Below are positions 1 through 7,977 of a stretch of DNA of 40,127 nt, in pieces. Source of the DNA: a virus (taxonomy: Duplodnaviria > Caudoviricetes). Positions within the stretch are counted from its first letter, which is position 1. Each line of letters begins with the position of its first letter. Position numbers and translations under genes: made by a program. The stretch lies in the IMG/VR virus record IMGVR_UViG_3300045000_000051, positions 1 through 40,127 of that record; one strand, written 5' to 3'. The notes beneath the pieces were generated by a model. It saw nothing but the letters and a program-made list of their open reading frames with translations. It made no database searches and was not told where the DNA came from.

Positions 1-375
1 TATCTGCGCGGATAGCTTCGCGATGGCCGCTTCCAGACGATCCAGAGAGTCAGCAACTTCAGACGATCCTGACTCGATCGCGGCTTCGACTGCTGCAAGG
101 CGGGCTAGCAGACCCTTGCTCTCCGCTTGGCCTGGAGGCGCGAAGTCGTCAGGCGTGTAGCGACCGTCAGACAGCTCGGCCAGCTTGACCCTGTAGCGCT
201 GCTCCGGATAAGACGGCTTGCCTGGCGCCGTCCACTTGATGACCGTGGTTCGGGCGGCGCCGAGCAAGTCGGCTAAGTCGTCTTTCGAGATGTAGCCCAG
301 GCGCGAGCGCCGCTCCTTCGGAGGCGGGATTCGCCTGCGCACGTCCTCGATGCGCTCCGCTGGCGTCGTTGGCAT
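1..375 (-). CDS. XRE-family HTH immunity repressor (CI-like), 3' end outside the window
   Basis: Not in the ORF track. Manual translation from ATG at 375: MPTTPAERIEDVRRRIPPPKERRSRLGYISKDDLADLLGAARTTVIKWTAPGKPSYPEQRYRVKLAELS..., open to base 1; HTH pattern; divergent from the Cro-like gene. Confidence 0.75.
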   Translation of the reverse strand, partial: MPTTPAERIEDVRRRIPPPKERRSRLGYISKDDLADLLGAARTTVIKWTAPGKPSYPEQRYRVKLAELSDGRYTPDDFAPPGQAESKGLLARLAAVEAAIESGSSEVADSLDRLEAAIAKLSAQI

Positions 376-380
376 GGCTT

Positions 381-470
381 CACGTTCCGACACGTATCGA
401 AGTTTCGCTACGCCGTTGTTCCCTGGTAAGTCTCGCCGCCCTTGACACGTATCGACACGTCTGCTTTAGT
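381..470. promoter_or_regulatory. Divergent immunity switch: rightward -35 TTGACA overlapped by repeated operator-like GACACGT motifs
   Basis: GACACGTATCGA at 389-400 and 444-455; (GA)CACGT repeated with 10-bp period at 381-400 and 444-460; TTGACA at 442-447; -10 uncertain (TTTAGT 465-470). Confidence 0.65.
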
Positions 471-479
471 GCGAGACCT

Positions 480-842
480 ATGAAGACCACGCAATCAACT
501 CGGCGCGTCCCCAAGCACGTCCGAGGGCTACCGCTCAAGGATCGAATGAAGTGGGCGCGCACGTCCGTTGGGCTCTCGCATGACCGCCTGGTGGCGGAGA
601 TGGGCCGAAGCAACCGGGGCCACCTGATCAAGGTCGAGGCTGGCACCCACATCCCTCGCGAGGACCTGCGGAACACATGGGCCGACGCGACCAACGTGCC
701 GCGCGAGCTGTTCGCGTCCGACGACGACGAGGAGTCGCGAGCTATGCCTCTCAGCCGTGACGAGTTCGCCATGCTCGGCGCGTTGATGGCTCGGCTCGGG
801 CCGACGCTCGCACCGACGTTCGGCGAGGAGGTGCAGGCGTGA
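480..842 (+). CDS. Cro-like XRE HTH regulator
   Basis: DRMKWARTSVGLSHDRLVAEMGRSNRGHLIKVEAGTHIP fits an XRE HTH; ATG 480 lies just downstream of TTGACA and is preferred over the track start at 369. Confidence 0.75.
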   Translation: MKTTQSTRRVPKHVRGLPLKDRMKWARTSVGLSHDRLVAEMGRSNRGHLIKVEAGTHIPREDLRNTWADATNVPRELFASDDDEESRAMPLSRDEFAMLGALMARLGPTLAPTFGEEVQA

Positions 843-1096
843 GCGTCTACCGCGACATCACGGTCAGCCGCGAAGACGCCGACCACCTCCTCGAGATCGC
901 CCGGTTCCTGCGGCACCTCTCCAATGCCGCTGACGGCCTCGGCCCGTACGGCTGCTGGGCCGACGACCTCGTCATGGTCGCCCACCGCTACGACCGCGCC
1001 ACCAAGCTCGCCGACCTGCGCACCGAGGTTCTGCAGTTCGAGCGTGCGCGGGTCGGGCGCCCCCTGGTTCTCATCGAAGGAGGAGACGCAGCGTGA
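839..1096 (+). CDS. Hypothetical early protein
   Basis: GTGA overlap with the previous gene; GAGGAGG RBS. Confidence 0.65.
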   Translation: MSVYRDITVSREDADHLLEIARFLRHLSNAADGLGPYGCWADDLVMVAHRYDRATKLADLRTEVLQFERARVGRPLVLIEGGDAA

Positions 1097-1365
1097 GCGT
1101 CGAGACCGAGCAGGAGCCGACCCGGATCGAGGCGCCGCTGAATCCGCTGCTCTCGATCCTCGTCACGCTCGCCGCGCACGGCCAGAAGGTCGACTACTCC
1201 CTCGACGTCTTCAACCTGCCGCGCGACCTCTACGACGAGTTGCCCGGAGAGCGCGAGCACTCTTGGGTGGCACGCGAGACGCGGAACTGGTGCAAGGTCA
1301 CTGAGCTTGCCGACGTGAAGCTCACGCTCTACACGGTCGAGCCGCCCGCCAAGGATGTGGCGTGA
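1093..1365 (+). CDS. Hypothetical early protein
   Basis: GTGA overlap; GGAGG RBS. Confidence 0.65.
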   Translation: MSVETEQEPTRIEAPLNPLLSILVTLAAHGQKVDYSLDVFNLPRDLYDELPGEREHSWVARETRNWCKVTELADVKLTLYTVEPPAKDVA

Positions 1366-1526
1366 GCACCGAGCAGGTCTCTGAGGCACGGGTGGCGCTC
1401 GACCGGGCCTACGCCGCGTGGAAGCTTGCACCAAAGTTTTGGGCTAAGGCGACACCGAAGGTAGACGCCAACGACGCCGCGGCACCGGCTCTCTTCGAGG
1501 GTCTGAACCCCGGTGATGCGTCGTGA
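1362..1526 (+). CDS. Small hypothetical protein (54 aa)
   Basis: Manual ORF MSTEQVSEARVALDRAYAAWKLAPKFWAK...; fills the gap with GTGA overlaps at both ends. Confidence 0.55.
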   Translation: MSTEQVSEARVALDRAYAAWKLAPKFWAKATPKVDANDAAAPALFEGLNPGDAS

Positions 1527-2533
1527 CGGACGGTCAGGTCATCGTGGGCGAGGTCGTGCATGAGCAGGCGCTCGACCAGGCCGAGACCGAAGCCCGGAAC
1601 CTGCCGGCGGTGCGCGCCGCCGAGGCGATGGTCACCCGGGCAGAAGTCACCGTTGAAGAGATCGTTGAGCAACGCAACAAGGTCGTCGCGGTGATGGCGG
1701 CCGTCATGAAGGACAACGTCCACTTCGGCCGCATCCCCGGCGTTCAGAAGCCCACCCTGCTGAAGCCCGGCGCCGAGGTGCTCGCCGTCTCGTTCCGGCT
1801 CGCACCGTTCTACGAGTCCGAACGGATCTGGCATGAGGACGGCCACCTGACGGTCGTGTCGAAGGTTGTGCTGAAACACATTCCGACCGGCTTGACGATC
1901 GCGGAAGGGGAGGGGCTCTGCTCGTCGCGCGAGTCGAAGTACGCGTGGCGGAAAGGCGAGCGGCTGTGCCCGGCGTGCGGGCAGGCGACGATCATCAAGA
2001 GCAAGGCGGAGTACGGCGGCGGCTGGTCATGCTGGAAGAAGAAGGGCGGCTGCGACGCGAAGTACGTCGACGGCGACCACGCGATCGAGGGTCAGAGCGT
2101 CGACAAGGTGCCGAACCCGGACATCGCCGACACCTTTAACACGGTGTTGAAGATGAGCAACAAGCGTGGGTTCGTCGCGGCGATCCTGAACGGGACCGCC
2201 GCGTCGGACGTGTTCACACAGGACATCGAAGACACCGGTGCCGACACCGGCGAGCGCGTCGAGACGGTGGTACTGGCCCCGCAGCGGCTGCCTCTGATCC
2301 GGGACGTTGAGGCGCTACTGGCCCGCGTCGACACGGAGCGCGGCGTCGAGCCGGGCACCACCTGGGACGAGGCCCGCGCGTGGACAGGCGCTGATCTGCC
2401 GGAGATGCCGGAGGCCGACCTGATGAAGCTCGGTCATACGCTCGGCCATTTCTACGTGCTGATGAAGGACGGCATGAACAAGGTCGGGTTCGAGAAGTTC
2501 GCCGCCAACGCCGACATCGAGGTGCCGTTCTGA
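1523..2533 (+). CDS. Putative phage recombination / single-strand annealing protein with a zinc-ribbon insert
   Basis: HFGRIPGVQKPTLLKPGAE and FTQDIED motifs; CPACG...WSCWKKKGGC ribbon; acidic DIEVPF C-terminus resembling SSB-type tails; family assignment is inference. Confidence 0.5.
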   Translation: MTDGQVIVGEVVHEQALDQAETEARNLPAVRAAEAMVTRAEVTVEEIVEQRNKVVAVMAAVMKDNVHFGRIPGVQKPTLLKPGAEVLAVSFRLAPFYESERIWHEDGHLTVVSKVVLKHIPTGLTIAEGEGLCSSRESKYAWRKGERLCPACGQATIIKSKAEYGGGWSCWKKKGGCDAKYVDGDHAIEGQSVDKVPNPDIADTFNTVLKMSNKRGFVAAILNGTAASDVFTQDIEDTGADTGERVETVVLAPQRLPLIRDVEALLARVDTERGVEPGTTWDEARAWTGADLPEMPEADLMKLGHTLGHFYVLMKDGMNKVGFEKFAANADIEVPF

Positions 2534-2700
2534 TGGGCTGGCACGGCGACTACGACCTGCTGCGCGAAGCCCGGGAGGACACCCGCCGCGACATGCCGGA
2601 CGCCCGGCAGTTGGAGCAGGCGGACGGGAAGCTGATGGACGGCGCCCGCGAGCGCGAAGCCTCCCCGGTCGGCACGTGGCTGGCGAGGAAGGCCGCGTGA
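2533..2700 (+). CDS. Small hypothetical protein (55 aa)
   Basis: Manual ORF MGWHGDYDLLREARED...ARKAA with TGATG coupling at both ends. Confidence 0.55.
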   Translation: MGWHGDYDLLREAREDTRRDMPDARQLEQADGKLMDGAREREASPVGTWLARKAA

Positions 2701-3095
2701 TGGCTTTCAACGTGACGCCGCCGTTCCCGAAGCAGCAGCAGCTCGCGCGGGCGAAGCGGCAGGCGAACCCGAAGCGTGACCCGGACGCGCCGCTGAACTT
2801 CAAGACGCGCGTGTGCGCGGAGCCGTGCCTGATCGGCGGCGACTGCGACGGCCCGTTGCAGGCAGCGCACGTCGTCCCGAAACGGGTCTTGAAGCGCCGC
2901 GGTCTGCATCGGCTGCTGTGGGATCCCGCCAACGGCATCGCGCTCTGCTACCGCCATCACCGCCGCCACGACAACGGCACCGAGAAGATCCCGGCCGCCC
3001 TGCTGCCGGCCCGGTGTGTCGCGTGGGCTGAGGCTCATGGGCTGCTGCCGGTTCTGGAACGCCACTGGCCCTACAGCACGAAGCAGGCATCGTGA
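2700..3095 (+). CDS. HNH / His-Me finger nuclease-like protein (NinG-like)
   Basis: C-x5-C...LQAAHVVP...WDPANGIALCYRHHRRHD; TGATG coupled start. Confidence 0.7.
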   Translation: MAFNVTPPFPKQQQLARAKRQANPKRDPDAPLNFKTRVCAEPCLIGGDCDGPLQAAHVVPKRVLKRRGLHRLLWDPANGIALCYRHHRRHDNGTEKIPAALLPARCVAWAEAHGLLPVLERHWPYSTKQAS

Positions 3096-3376
3096 CCTGG
3101 GCTCGCGAGAACGTTGCTGTACTCGAACGTCAGCCGAGGTACGGCGGTCTGCACCTCGTCGGCGTGATCGTGGAGCGGCACTGCGGCTGCCAGGCGCGCC
3201 TCGGCCTCCGGCTCGATCGCAACGAGAAGACGTTCAGCGCTGCCGCGTGCGAGCAGCACGGCGTCCACGTGCACAGGGCGATGGACGCGCTCAAGCACAT
3301 GCCGCCGCAAGACGAGGAGATCTTCGCGCTCTTTGAGCGGCTGGTCGAACGCGAGCTCGAGGCGGTGCCCGCATGA
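3092..3376 (+). CDS. Hypothetical protein
   Basis: Coupled ORF; HCGC and CEQH motifs. Confidence 0.6.
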   Translation: MTWARENVAVLERQPRYGGLHLVGVIVERHCGCQARLGLRLDRNEKTFSAAACEQHGVHVHRAMDALKHMPPQDEEIFALFERLVERELEAVPA

Positions 3377-3465
3377 ACGACCGTCGACTGATCCGGCTCT
3401 CGTTGCTGGCTGTTCTGGTAGCGGTAGGGGTGGCTGCGGCAGCACTCGCAGGGGGACAGCAATGA
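3373..3465 (+). CDS. Small membrane peptide (30 aa)
   Basis: Manual ORF MNDRRLIRLSLLAVLVAVGVAAAALAGGQQ; ATGA overlaps at both ends. Confidence 0.5.
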   Translation: MNDRRLIRLSLLAVLVAVGVAAAALAGGQQ

Positions 3466-4631
3466 GCCCCGGGACGCGCGTGACGTGCGAAGACGTCGCG
3501 ACCGGCGAGAGCGAGTCGAGGGTGATCCGCGACGACTGGGTGATCGTCACCGATGGCCGCGTCGAGGTTGACGCGATCAACGTCTACAGCAACGGCACCG
3601 TCAACGTCACGCTCCTCGGTGCGTCTGTCACGCTCCTCGGTGCGTCTGCTGTCCCTGGGGACGGACGAGAGGAAGAAAAAGAGCATCTTGGAGGCGACGG
3701 GGTCGCCGTGGTAAAGGCGGAAGAGCCGCAACAGATTTCAGATGTCGGCGGGGGAAGGGCGAAGCGCGAGCCTGACCCGGTAAGCCCGATCGGTGCCCGC
3801 GCACACACCCCCTCGAGCGCGACGCGCTGCGACGAGACGGGCAAGCAGGCCGGTCCCAGTGGTAGTGCGCACGAAGCCGCTGGGGCACCAATCTCCGAGC
3901 CTTCGGCGGGGCGTCCCGGAACTGATGCCACAGACACAGTGTCACCCGCATCAGTCGCCGATCAGTTGTCGGTGGGGCGTCCCGAGCGGACATGCCCGTC
4001 GTGCGGCAAGACGCGCCCGCCGACCGGCGGAGCGTTCTGCAACCAAGGCTGTGAGCGGAGCTACGAGCTTTCGGTGGGGCGTCCCGAACCAGCAGAAACA
4101 GCGCGGGCGGTCATCTCGAAGGCCGAGAGCGTGCGGTCAGTTGGGTGGACGTATGACGAATCGCGAGTCCCGTTCACCGAGGCTCTAGCCCGTGACGTGC
4201 TGGCGCTTGTGGCGCGGCTGGACACACTCAGCCAGGAGCGCGACGAGGCGGTAGAGAACGAGACCAAAGCGCTGCGGGCTAGTACGGATCTGACCATCAA
4301 GCTCGGGGCGGCCATCAAGGAGATGCACGGCACACCGGCCCATGACCGCTTTCTACTTCGGCGGGAGTTGGCCGAGGCTCGGGCCGAGCTTGAGCGGGTC
4401 ACCCGGGAACGCGACGAGGCGGTGCAGGAACTCAGCCACTGGAAGGATTGCAACCTCTACCCGTCTACCTACCGCGATGCCGTCGAGTCCCTCCTGGCCG
4501 CCGAGTCTGAGGCGGCGAAGCTCGCACAGGTGCTCCGCGAGGTGGCGGCCGACCTTGACGATTCGTGTCGTCTGAACACCGCGACCGAGGCTGAAGTTCG
4601 TGCGGCTCTTCGCTCTGTGGAGGAGGCGTGA
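3462..4631 (+). CDS. Mosaic hypothetical protein with zinc finger and C-terminal coiled coil
   Basis: ATG 3462 with GGGGGA RBS; CPSC...FCNQGC; ERDEAV coiled-coil repeats; internal SxGRP repeats. Confidence 0.6.
   Translation: MSPGTRVTCEDVATGESESRVIRDDWVIVTDGRVEVDAINVYSNGTVNVTLLGASVTLLGASAVPGDGREEEKEHLGGDGVAVVKAEEPQQISDVGGGRAKREPDPVSPIGARAHTPSSATRCDETGKQAGPSGSAHEAAGAPISEPSAGRPGTDATDTVSPASVADQLSVGRPERTCPSCGKTRPPTGGAFCNQGCERSYELSVGRPEPAETARAVISKAESVRSVGWTYDESRVPFTEALARDVLALVARLDTLSQERDEAVENETKALRASTDLTIKLGAAIKEMHGTPAHDRFLLRRELAEARAELERVTRERDEAVQELSHWKDCNLYPSTYRDAVESLLAAESEAAKLAQVLREVAADLDDSCRLNTATEAEVRAALRSVEEA
3606..3647 (+). repeat. Perfect 21-bp tandem duplication (VTLLGAS x2)
   Basis: GTCACGCTCCTCGGTGCGTCT at 3606-3626 and 3627-3647. 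Confidence 0.9.
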
Positions 4632-4960
4632 CCATGCCGGAATCGCTGAACGATGCCCGTCTGTCGAACGGCGAGACGGTCGCCTCCGCGCTCGAAGTGG
4701 TCGCCTTTTGCAAGGGCCATTACGCCGGAATGCCGGGTTGCGAGAGCTGCCGGGAGCGCGTGCGGCTGATCGCGGAGCGCGAGCAGCAGCTACGCGACGA
4801 AGGTAAGCGCTTCGCCGACTGGATCGACCAGCTGCTGACGGCGCTCGAGTCGATGGTGCTCGAATCGTTGCCGTTGAGCCGCGGCGCGCTGGCGCAGCTC
4901 TCCGGAGCGTACGTCAGGATCGCGGCGTTCCGCGCTGCGTTGGCGGAAGGGCAGTCGTGA
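4628..4960 (+). CDS. Hypothetical protein
   Basis: GGAGGAGG RBS; coupled; C-x2-H...CESC motif. Confidence 0.6.
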   Translation: MTMPESLNDARLSNGETVASALEVVAFCKGHYAGMPGCESCRERVRLIAEREQQLRDEGKRFADWIDQLLTALESMVLESLPLSRGALAQLSGAYVRIAAFRAALAEGQS

Positions 4961-5187
4961 TCCCGGCCGCAGTGAGCGTCGAGATGCGTCTCCGCGAGAA
5001 GGTCGACGCGCTGCGGTTCGAGCTCGACTGTCGCGACGCCCGCATCGAAGACCTCCACGCGCGCCTCGCGCGCGAGAACCCGGCCCTGCCGGCAGGGCGG
5101 TGCGGCTACTGCGGCGACCGGTGTTACGGCCCCGCCTGCGTCCTGCACCGCGACCTGCTCCTCGTTGACACGGAGGTACCCGCGTGA
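4957..5187 (+). CDS. Small coiled-coil / zinc-binding protein
   Basis: Coupled ORF; CGYCGDRC...CVLH. Confidence 0.6.
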   Translation: MIPAAVSVEMRLREKVDALRFELDCRDARIEDLHARLARENPALPAGRCGYCGDRCYGPACVLHRDLLLVDTEVPA

Positions 5188-5393
5188 CGCTCTTCGACGC
5201 TTACGCATCCCTGGCGAGGCCCGGCGAGATCGCTGACCGCCTCCGCGAGTGGGCTGCCGGTCTTGACCTTCGGCTCGACTACGCGCGCGCCGACGCCGTC
5301 CGTGAGATCGCTGCTGAGATTGAGGGCGACGCCGCCTTTGAGCGGATCTGCGAACGCAGGCTTGAGGACGCTGGTCGCGAGGTTGCCTGGTGA
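5184..5393 (+). CDS. Hypothetical protein
   Basis: GGAGG RBS; coupled. Confidence 0.6.
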   Translation: MTLFDAYASLARPGEIADRLREWAAGLDLRLDYARADAVREIAAEIEGDAAFERICERRLEDAGREVAW

Positions 5394-5536
5394 TCCCGGC
5401 CGCGCTCGAGCAGGTCGTCTACATCGTCGGGGCGTTCGTCATCGTCGCCGCGGTCGCGCTCTTCCTCGCGCTGTTGCTGCTGCTCGCGTATGCGGCGGTC
5501 AGGCCGAGGCCGAAGCGTGCCGGGAGGATCGCGTGA
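5390..5536 (+). CDS. Small membrane protein (48 aa)
   Basis: Manual ORF MIPAALEQVVYIVGAFVIVAAVALFLALLLLLAYAAVRPRPKRAGRIA; GTGA overlaps at both ends. Confidence 0.55.
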   Translation: MIPAALEQVVYIVGAFVIVAAVALFLALLLLLAYAAVRPRPKRAGRIA

Positions 5537-6708
5537 CCGCCGCCATCGAGTTGACGCGCACGCGCGAGGACTTGGACTACATCACCGAGGACGTGTTGGA
5601 AGCATTGCCCGCTGGTGAGAGGGTGCGGCTCATGACCATCTCACACGCAGTAGACCTTTGGCTCGGCGAGCTCGAACGGAAGAACCACAGCGAGCGGACC
5701 GTCGACACCTACCGCCGGCTGCTCGACCGGCTCTCGGATGGACGCGAACGGATCGACGTTGAGGACGTTGACGCCCAGACGATCCGCAGGTTCCTGGATG
5801 AGCAGGCCCGCCTGAAGAACGGTGGCCGTAAGAGCGCCGCAACGATCGCTCAGAACGTGTCGATCGTCTGCGGCTTCTTCGACTGGCTGACCAAGGAAGG
5901 CGTCGTTCAGCGGAACCCGACGCAACGAAACGGCGACCGGATCATCAGTCGCCCCCGCCAGGTCGCGCCCGACGAGAACGACAACGTCACCACCGTCGGC
6001 GAGGCCGACGTGCTGCGGCTGCTCAAGACGTCAATCCGCATGGCCGCCGCGAAGCCGACGCACTGGAATCGGATGATCGCCGTTCACGCGCTCGTCTACC
6101 TCGGGCCACGCCGGACAGCGATGTCGAGCACACGGATCAGCGACTACGACCCCGACGAGCGGATGGTGACGTTCCACGAGAAGGGCGGCAAGACGATCCG
6201 CAAGCCCGTCCCGGATGACCTCGCCGTGATCATCGACCAGGCGATCGCCGACGGCCGCTACCCGAACCCCGACGACTACCTGATCCCGTCGGACTACTCG
6301 CCGCGGCGGGAGGGCGACCGTGACTCACGGGTGATATGGAGGCTCGTCAAGGACGTCGCCGGCAAGGCTGGTGTCGAGACGCACGTTCATGCGCTGCGCG
6401 CCGCGTTCGCCGTCAACTACTTGCAGCAGAACCCTGGTCAGGTCGTCGCGCTACAGAAGCTGATGGGGCATCGTCGTATCGAGACGACGATGGTCTACCT
6501 TCGCCGCCTCGATCGGCAGGCTCAGATGGAGTCGGTCAGGACGATGACCTGGGGAGCCTCCGAAAAGCCGCAAATTGCGTCTAAACCTTTGGTGTCCTCC
6601 GCAGTAGCGGAGAAGGAGGGATTCGAACCCTCGTTCAGCGCTAGGCGGGATCGTAGCGGGGCTGGAACCCATAGCGCACCTGATGCACCAGGCAGGGACG
6701 GCTTCTGA
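5533..6708 (+). CDS. int: Tyrosine recombinase / integrase
   Basis: Core-binding region (SERTVDTYRRLL); catalytic set R (LGPRR), K (EKGGK), HxxR (HALRAAF), H (LMGH), Y (TTMVY); GTG start with GGAGG RBS. Confidence 0.92.
   Translation: MTAAIELTRTREDLDYITEDVLEALPAGERVRLMTISHAVDLWLGELERKNHSERTVDTYRRLLDRLSDGRERIDVEDVDAQTIRRFLDEQARLKNGGRKSAATIAQNVSIVCGFFDWLTKEGVVQRNPTQRNGDRIISRPRQVAPDENDNVTTVGEADVLRLLKTSIRMAAAKPTHWNRMIAVHALVYLGPRRTAMSSTRISDYDPDERMVTFHEKGGKTIRKPVPDDLAVIIDQAIADGRYPNPDDYLIPSDYSPRREGDRDSRVIWRLVKDVAGKAGVETHVHALRAAFAVNYLQQNPGQVVALQKLMGHRRIETTMVYLRRLDRQAQMESVRTMTWGASEKPQIASKPLVSSAVAEKEGFEPSFSARRDRSGAGTHSAPDAPGRDGF
6607..6633 (-). other. tRNA-Ser 3'-end fragment, probable attP core, inside int
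   Basis: Minus strand reads CGAGGG-TTCGAAT-CCCTC-CTTCTCC-G-C: T-stem and loop, 3' acceptor strand and G discriminator; no D or anticodon arm upstream. Confidence 0.8.
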
Positions 6709-7223
6709 TGGGCGCCCCGCGGAAGTTCGACCACGACGAGGCCCGGGCTCTGCACGCGGCGGGTGTGCCGGTGAAGGAGATCGCGGCGCGGGTCGGCGTG
6801 ACCGTCACCGCGATCTACCGTCTCGTGACCTCGGGTTGGCTAGAACGCGAGCGCGAGTATGGTCGCCGCTACCAGAAGTCGGCCCTCTGCGCCGACTGCG
6901 GCGGTCCCTGCACGCGGGCTGGGCACCCCTCCCAGGGCGCCCACGGAGTCACTCTCTGCCTCACCTGCGCGAAAAAGCGCGACCGGACACGGTTCGTTGA
7001 GATCGACGGCGAGATGCACGCCAAGTGCTTCACGTGCAGCGAGATGAAGGCGCTGGACGAGTTCGCCGCAGGGAACCGCTACCGAGACGTTCGCCCCAAC
7101 GGCGTACACGCCAGCTGCCGCGACTGCAACACGGCGATGAAGCGCGCCTGGCGGAACGCCAATCGCGAAAAGCAGCGCGCGTACGACCGCGAGCGGAAGC
7201 GTCGGCAGAAGGCTGCTGCCTGA
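6708..7223 (+). CDS. HTH plus multiple zinc-ribbon DNA-binding protein
   Basis: N-terminal HTH (GVPVKEIAARVGVTVTAIYRL); CADC, CLTC, CFTC, CRDC; TGATG coupled to int. Confidence 0.7.
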   Translation: MGAPRKFDHDEARALHAAGVPVKEIAARVGVTVTAIYRLVTSGWLEREREYGRRYQKSALCADCGGPCTRAGHPSQGAHGVTLCLTCAKKRDRTRFVEIDGEMHAKCFTCSEMKALDEFAAGNRYRDVRPNGVHASCRDCNTAMKRAWRNANREKQRAYDRERKRRQKAAA

Positions 7224-7543
7224 TGCGCGGCTATCTCCTTATCGCCGCCGTGACGGTCGCCGCCTGCATGACGGTGATCGCCCTCATCCCTGATCCCAAG
7301 TTCGGTGCCGCCCAACCCACGCACGTCTCCTCCCCTCGTGCAGGGCTGACGGCTGCGGCACCGACGCCATCCCGGGCGGTGACCGACTCCCCGTCCGGTC
7401 ACCCCGGGATGGCACGTCTTCTCGCAGTCCTCACCGCAGCCGGGCTCTTCCTGTGCTGCGCGGCGGACATTCGCACGCCGGGCCACACGCCCGAGGACAC
7501 GCCCCCTCACAAGGAGACGGCTTCATCCGCCGCCACACCATGA
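7223..7543 (+). CDS. Hypothetical membrane protein
   Basis: Hydrophobic segments YLLIAAVTVAACMTVIALI and LLAVLTAAGLFLCC; coupled. Confidence 0.5.
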   Translation: MRGYLLIAAVTVAACMTVIALIPDPKFGAAQPTHVSSPRAGLTAAAPTPSRAVTDSPSGHPGMARLLAVLTAAGLFLCCAADIRTPGHTPEDTPPHKETASSAATP

Positions 7544-7977
7544 ACCTGCTGATCCTCATCTACCTGCTCTTCACCGTCGGCGCGCTCGCCGTCTGGCTGC
7601 CGCGCGCGCTCGCATCCAGCTACCGGCCGATGCCCGCCAACTGGCACGCACCACGGCCGTGGCTCTATGAGGCGTGGTGCCTCCACGACGGCATCAAGCG
7701 CGACGCACGGGGCCGCGAGCTCTACCGCGTCACGCTGCACGGCCGCCCGATGATGGGCGAGGGCGCCTGGAACGCCGCCACCGGCAACGGCTACGAAGGT
7801 GGACTTCAGTTCCTGCTCTCGACGTGGCTGCGCGCCGGCGGGGTCACGGTCGGCGGCCACTGGGCGTCGATCGTCTCGCCGCGGGAGCAGCTGTACCGGA
7901 CCCGGATCATCTGGAACGCCAACGGCGGCTCCTTCGCCGAGTGGGGCGACATGCGCGTCGCGTGTGGCCTCCGATGA
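7540..7977 (+). CDS. Secreted Rpf-like (resuscitation-promoting factor) transglycosylase
   Basis: Signal-peptide-like N-terminus ending ALA; GEGAWNAATGNGYEGGLQFLLSTWLRAGG...SPREQ...W..CG matches the Rpf consensus CESGGNWxxNTGNGYYGGLQFxxxTWxxxGG...SREQQ...WPxCG. Confidence 0.82.
   Translation: MNLLILIYLLFTVGALAVWLPRALASSYRPMPANWHAPRPWLYEAWCLHDGIKRDARGRELYRVTLHGRPMMGEGAWNAATGNGYEGGLQFLLSTWLRAGGVTVGGHWASIVSPREQLYRTRIIWNANGGSFAEWGDMRVACGLR

Noticed and set aside
369-479. Track start of the Cro ORF at 369
   Set aside because: It overlaps the repressor start and spans the promoter/operator region; ATG 480 fits better
5263-5532. N-terminal extension of the integrase
   Set aside because: It overlaps two coupled small genes; GTG 5533 has an RBS and a GTGA overlap
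6560-6700. Complete tRNA gene
   Set aside because: Only the T-arm and 3' acceptor strand are present; there is no D arm, anticodon arm or matching 5' acceptor strand, so it is treated as an att core
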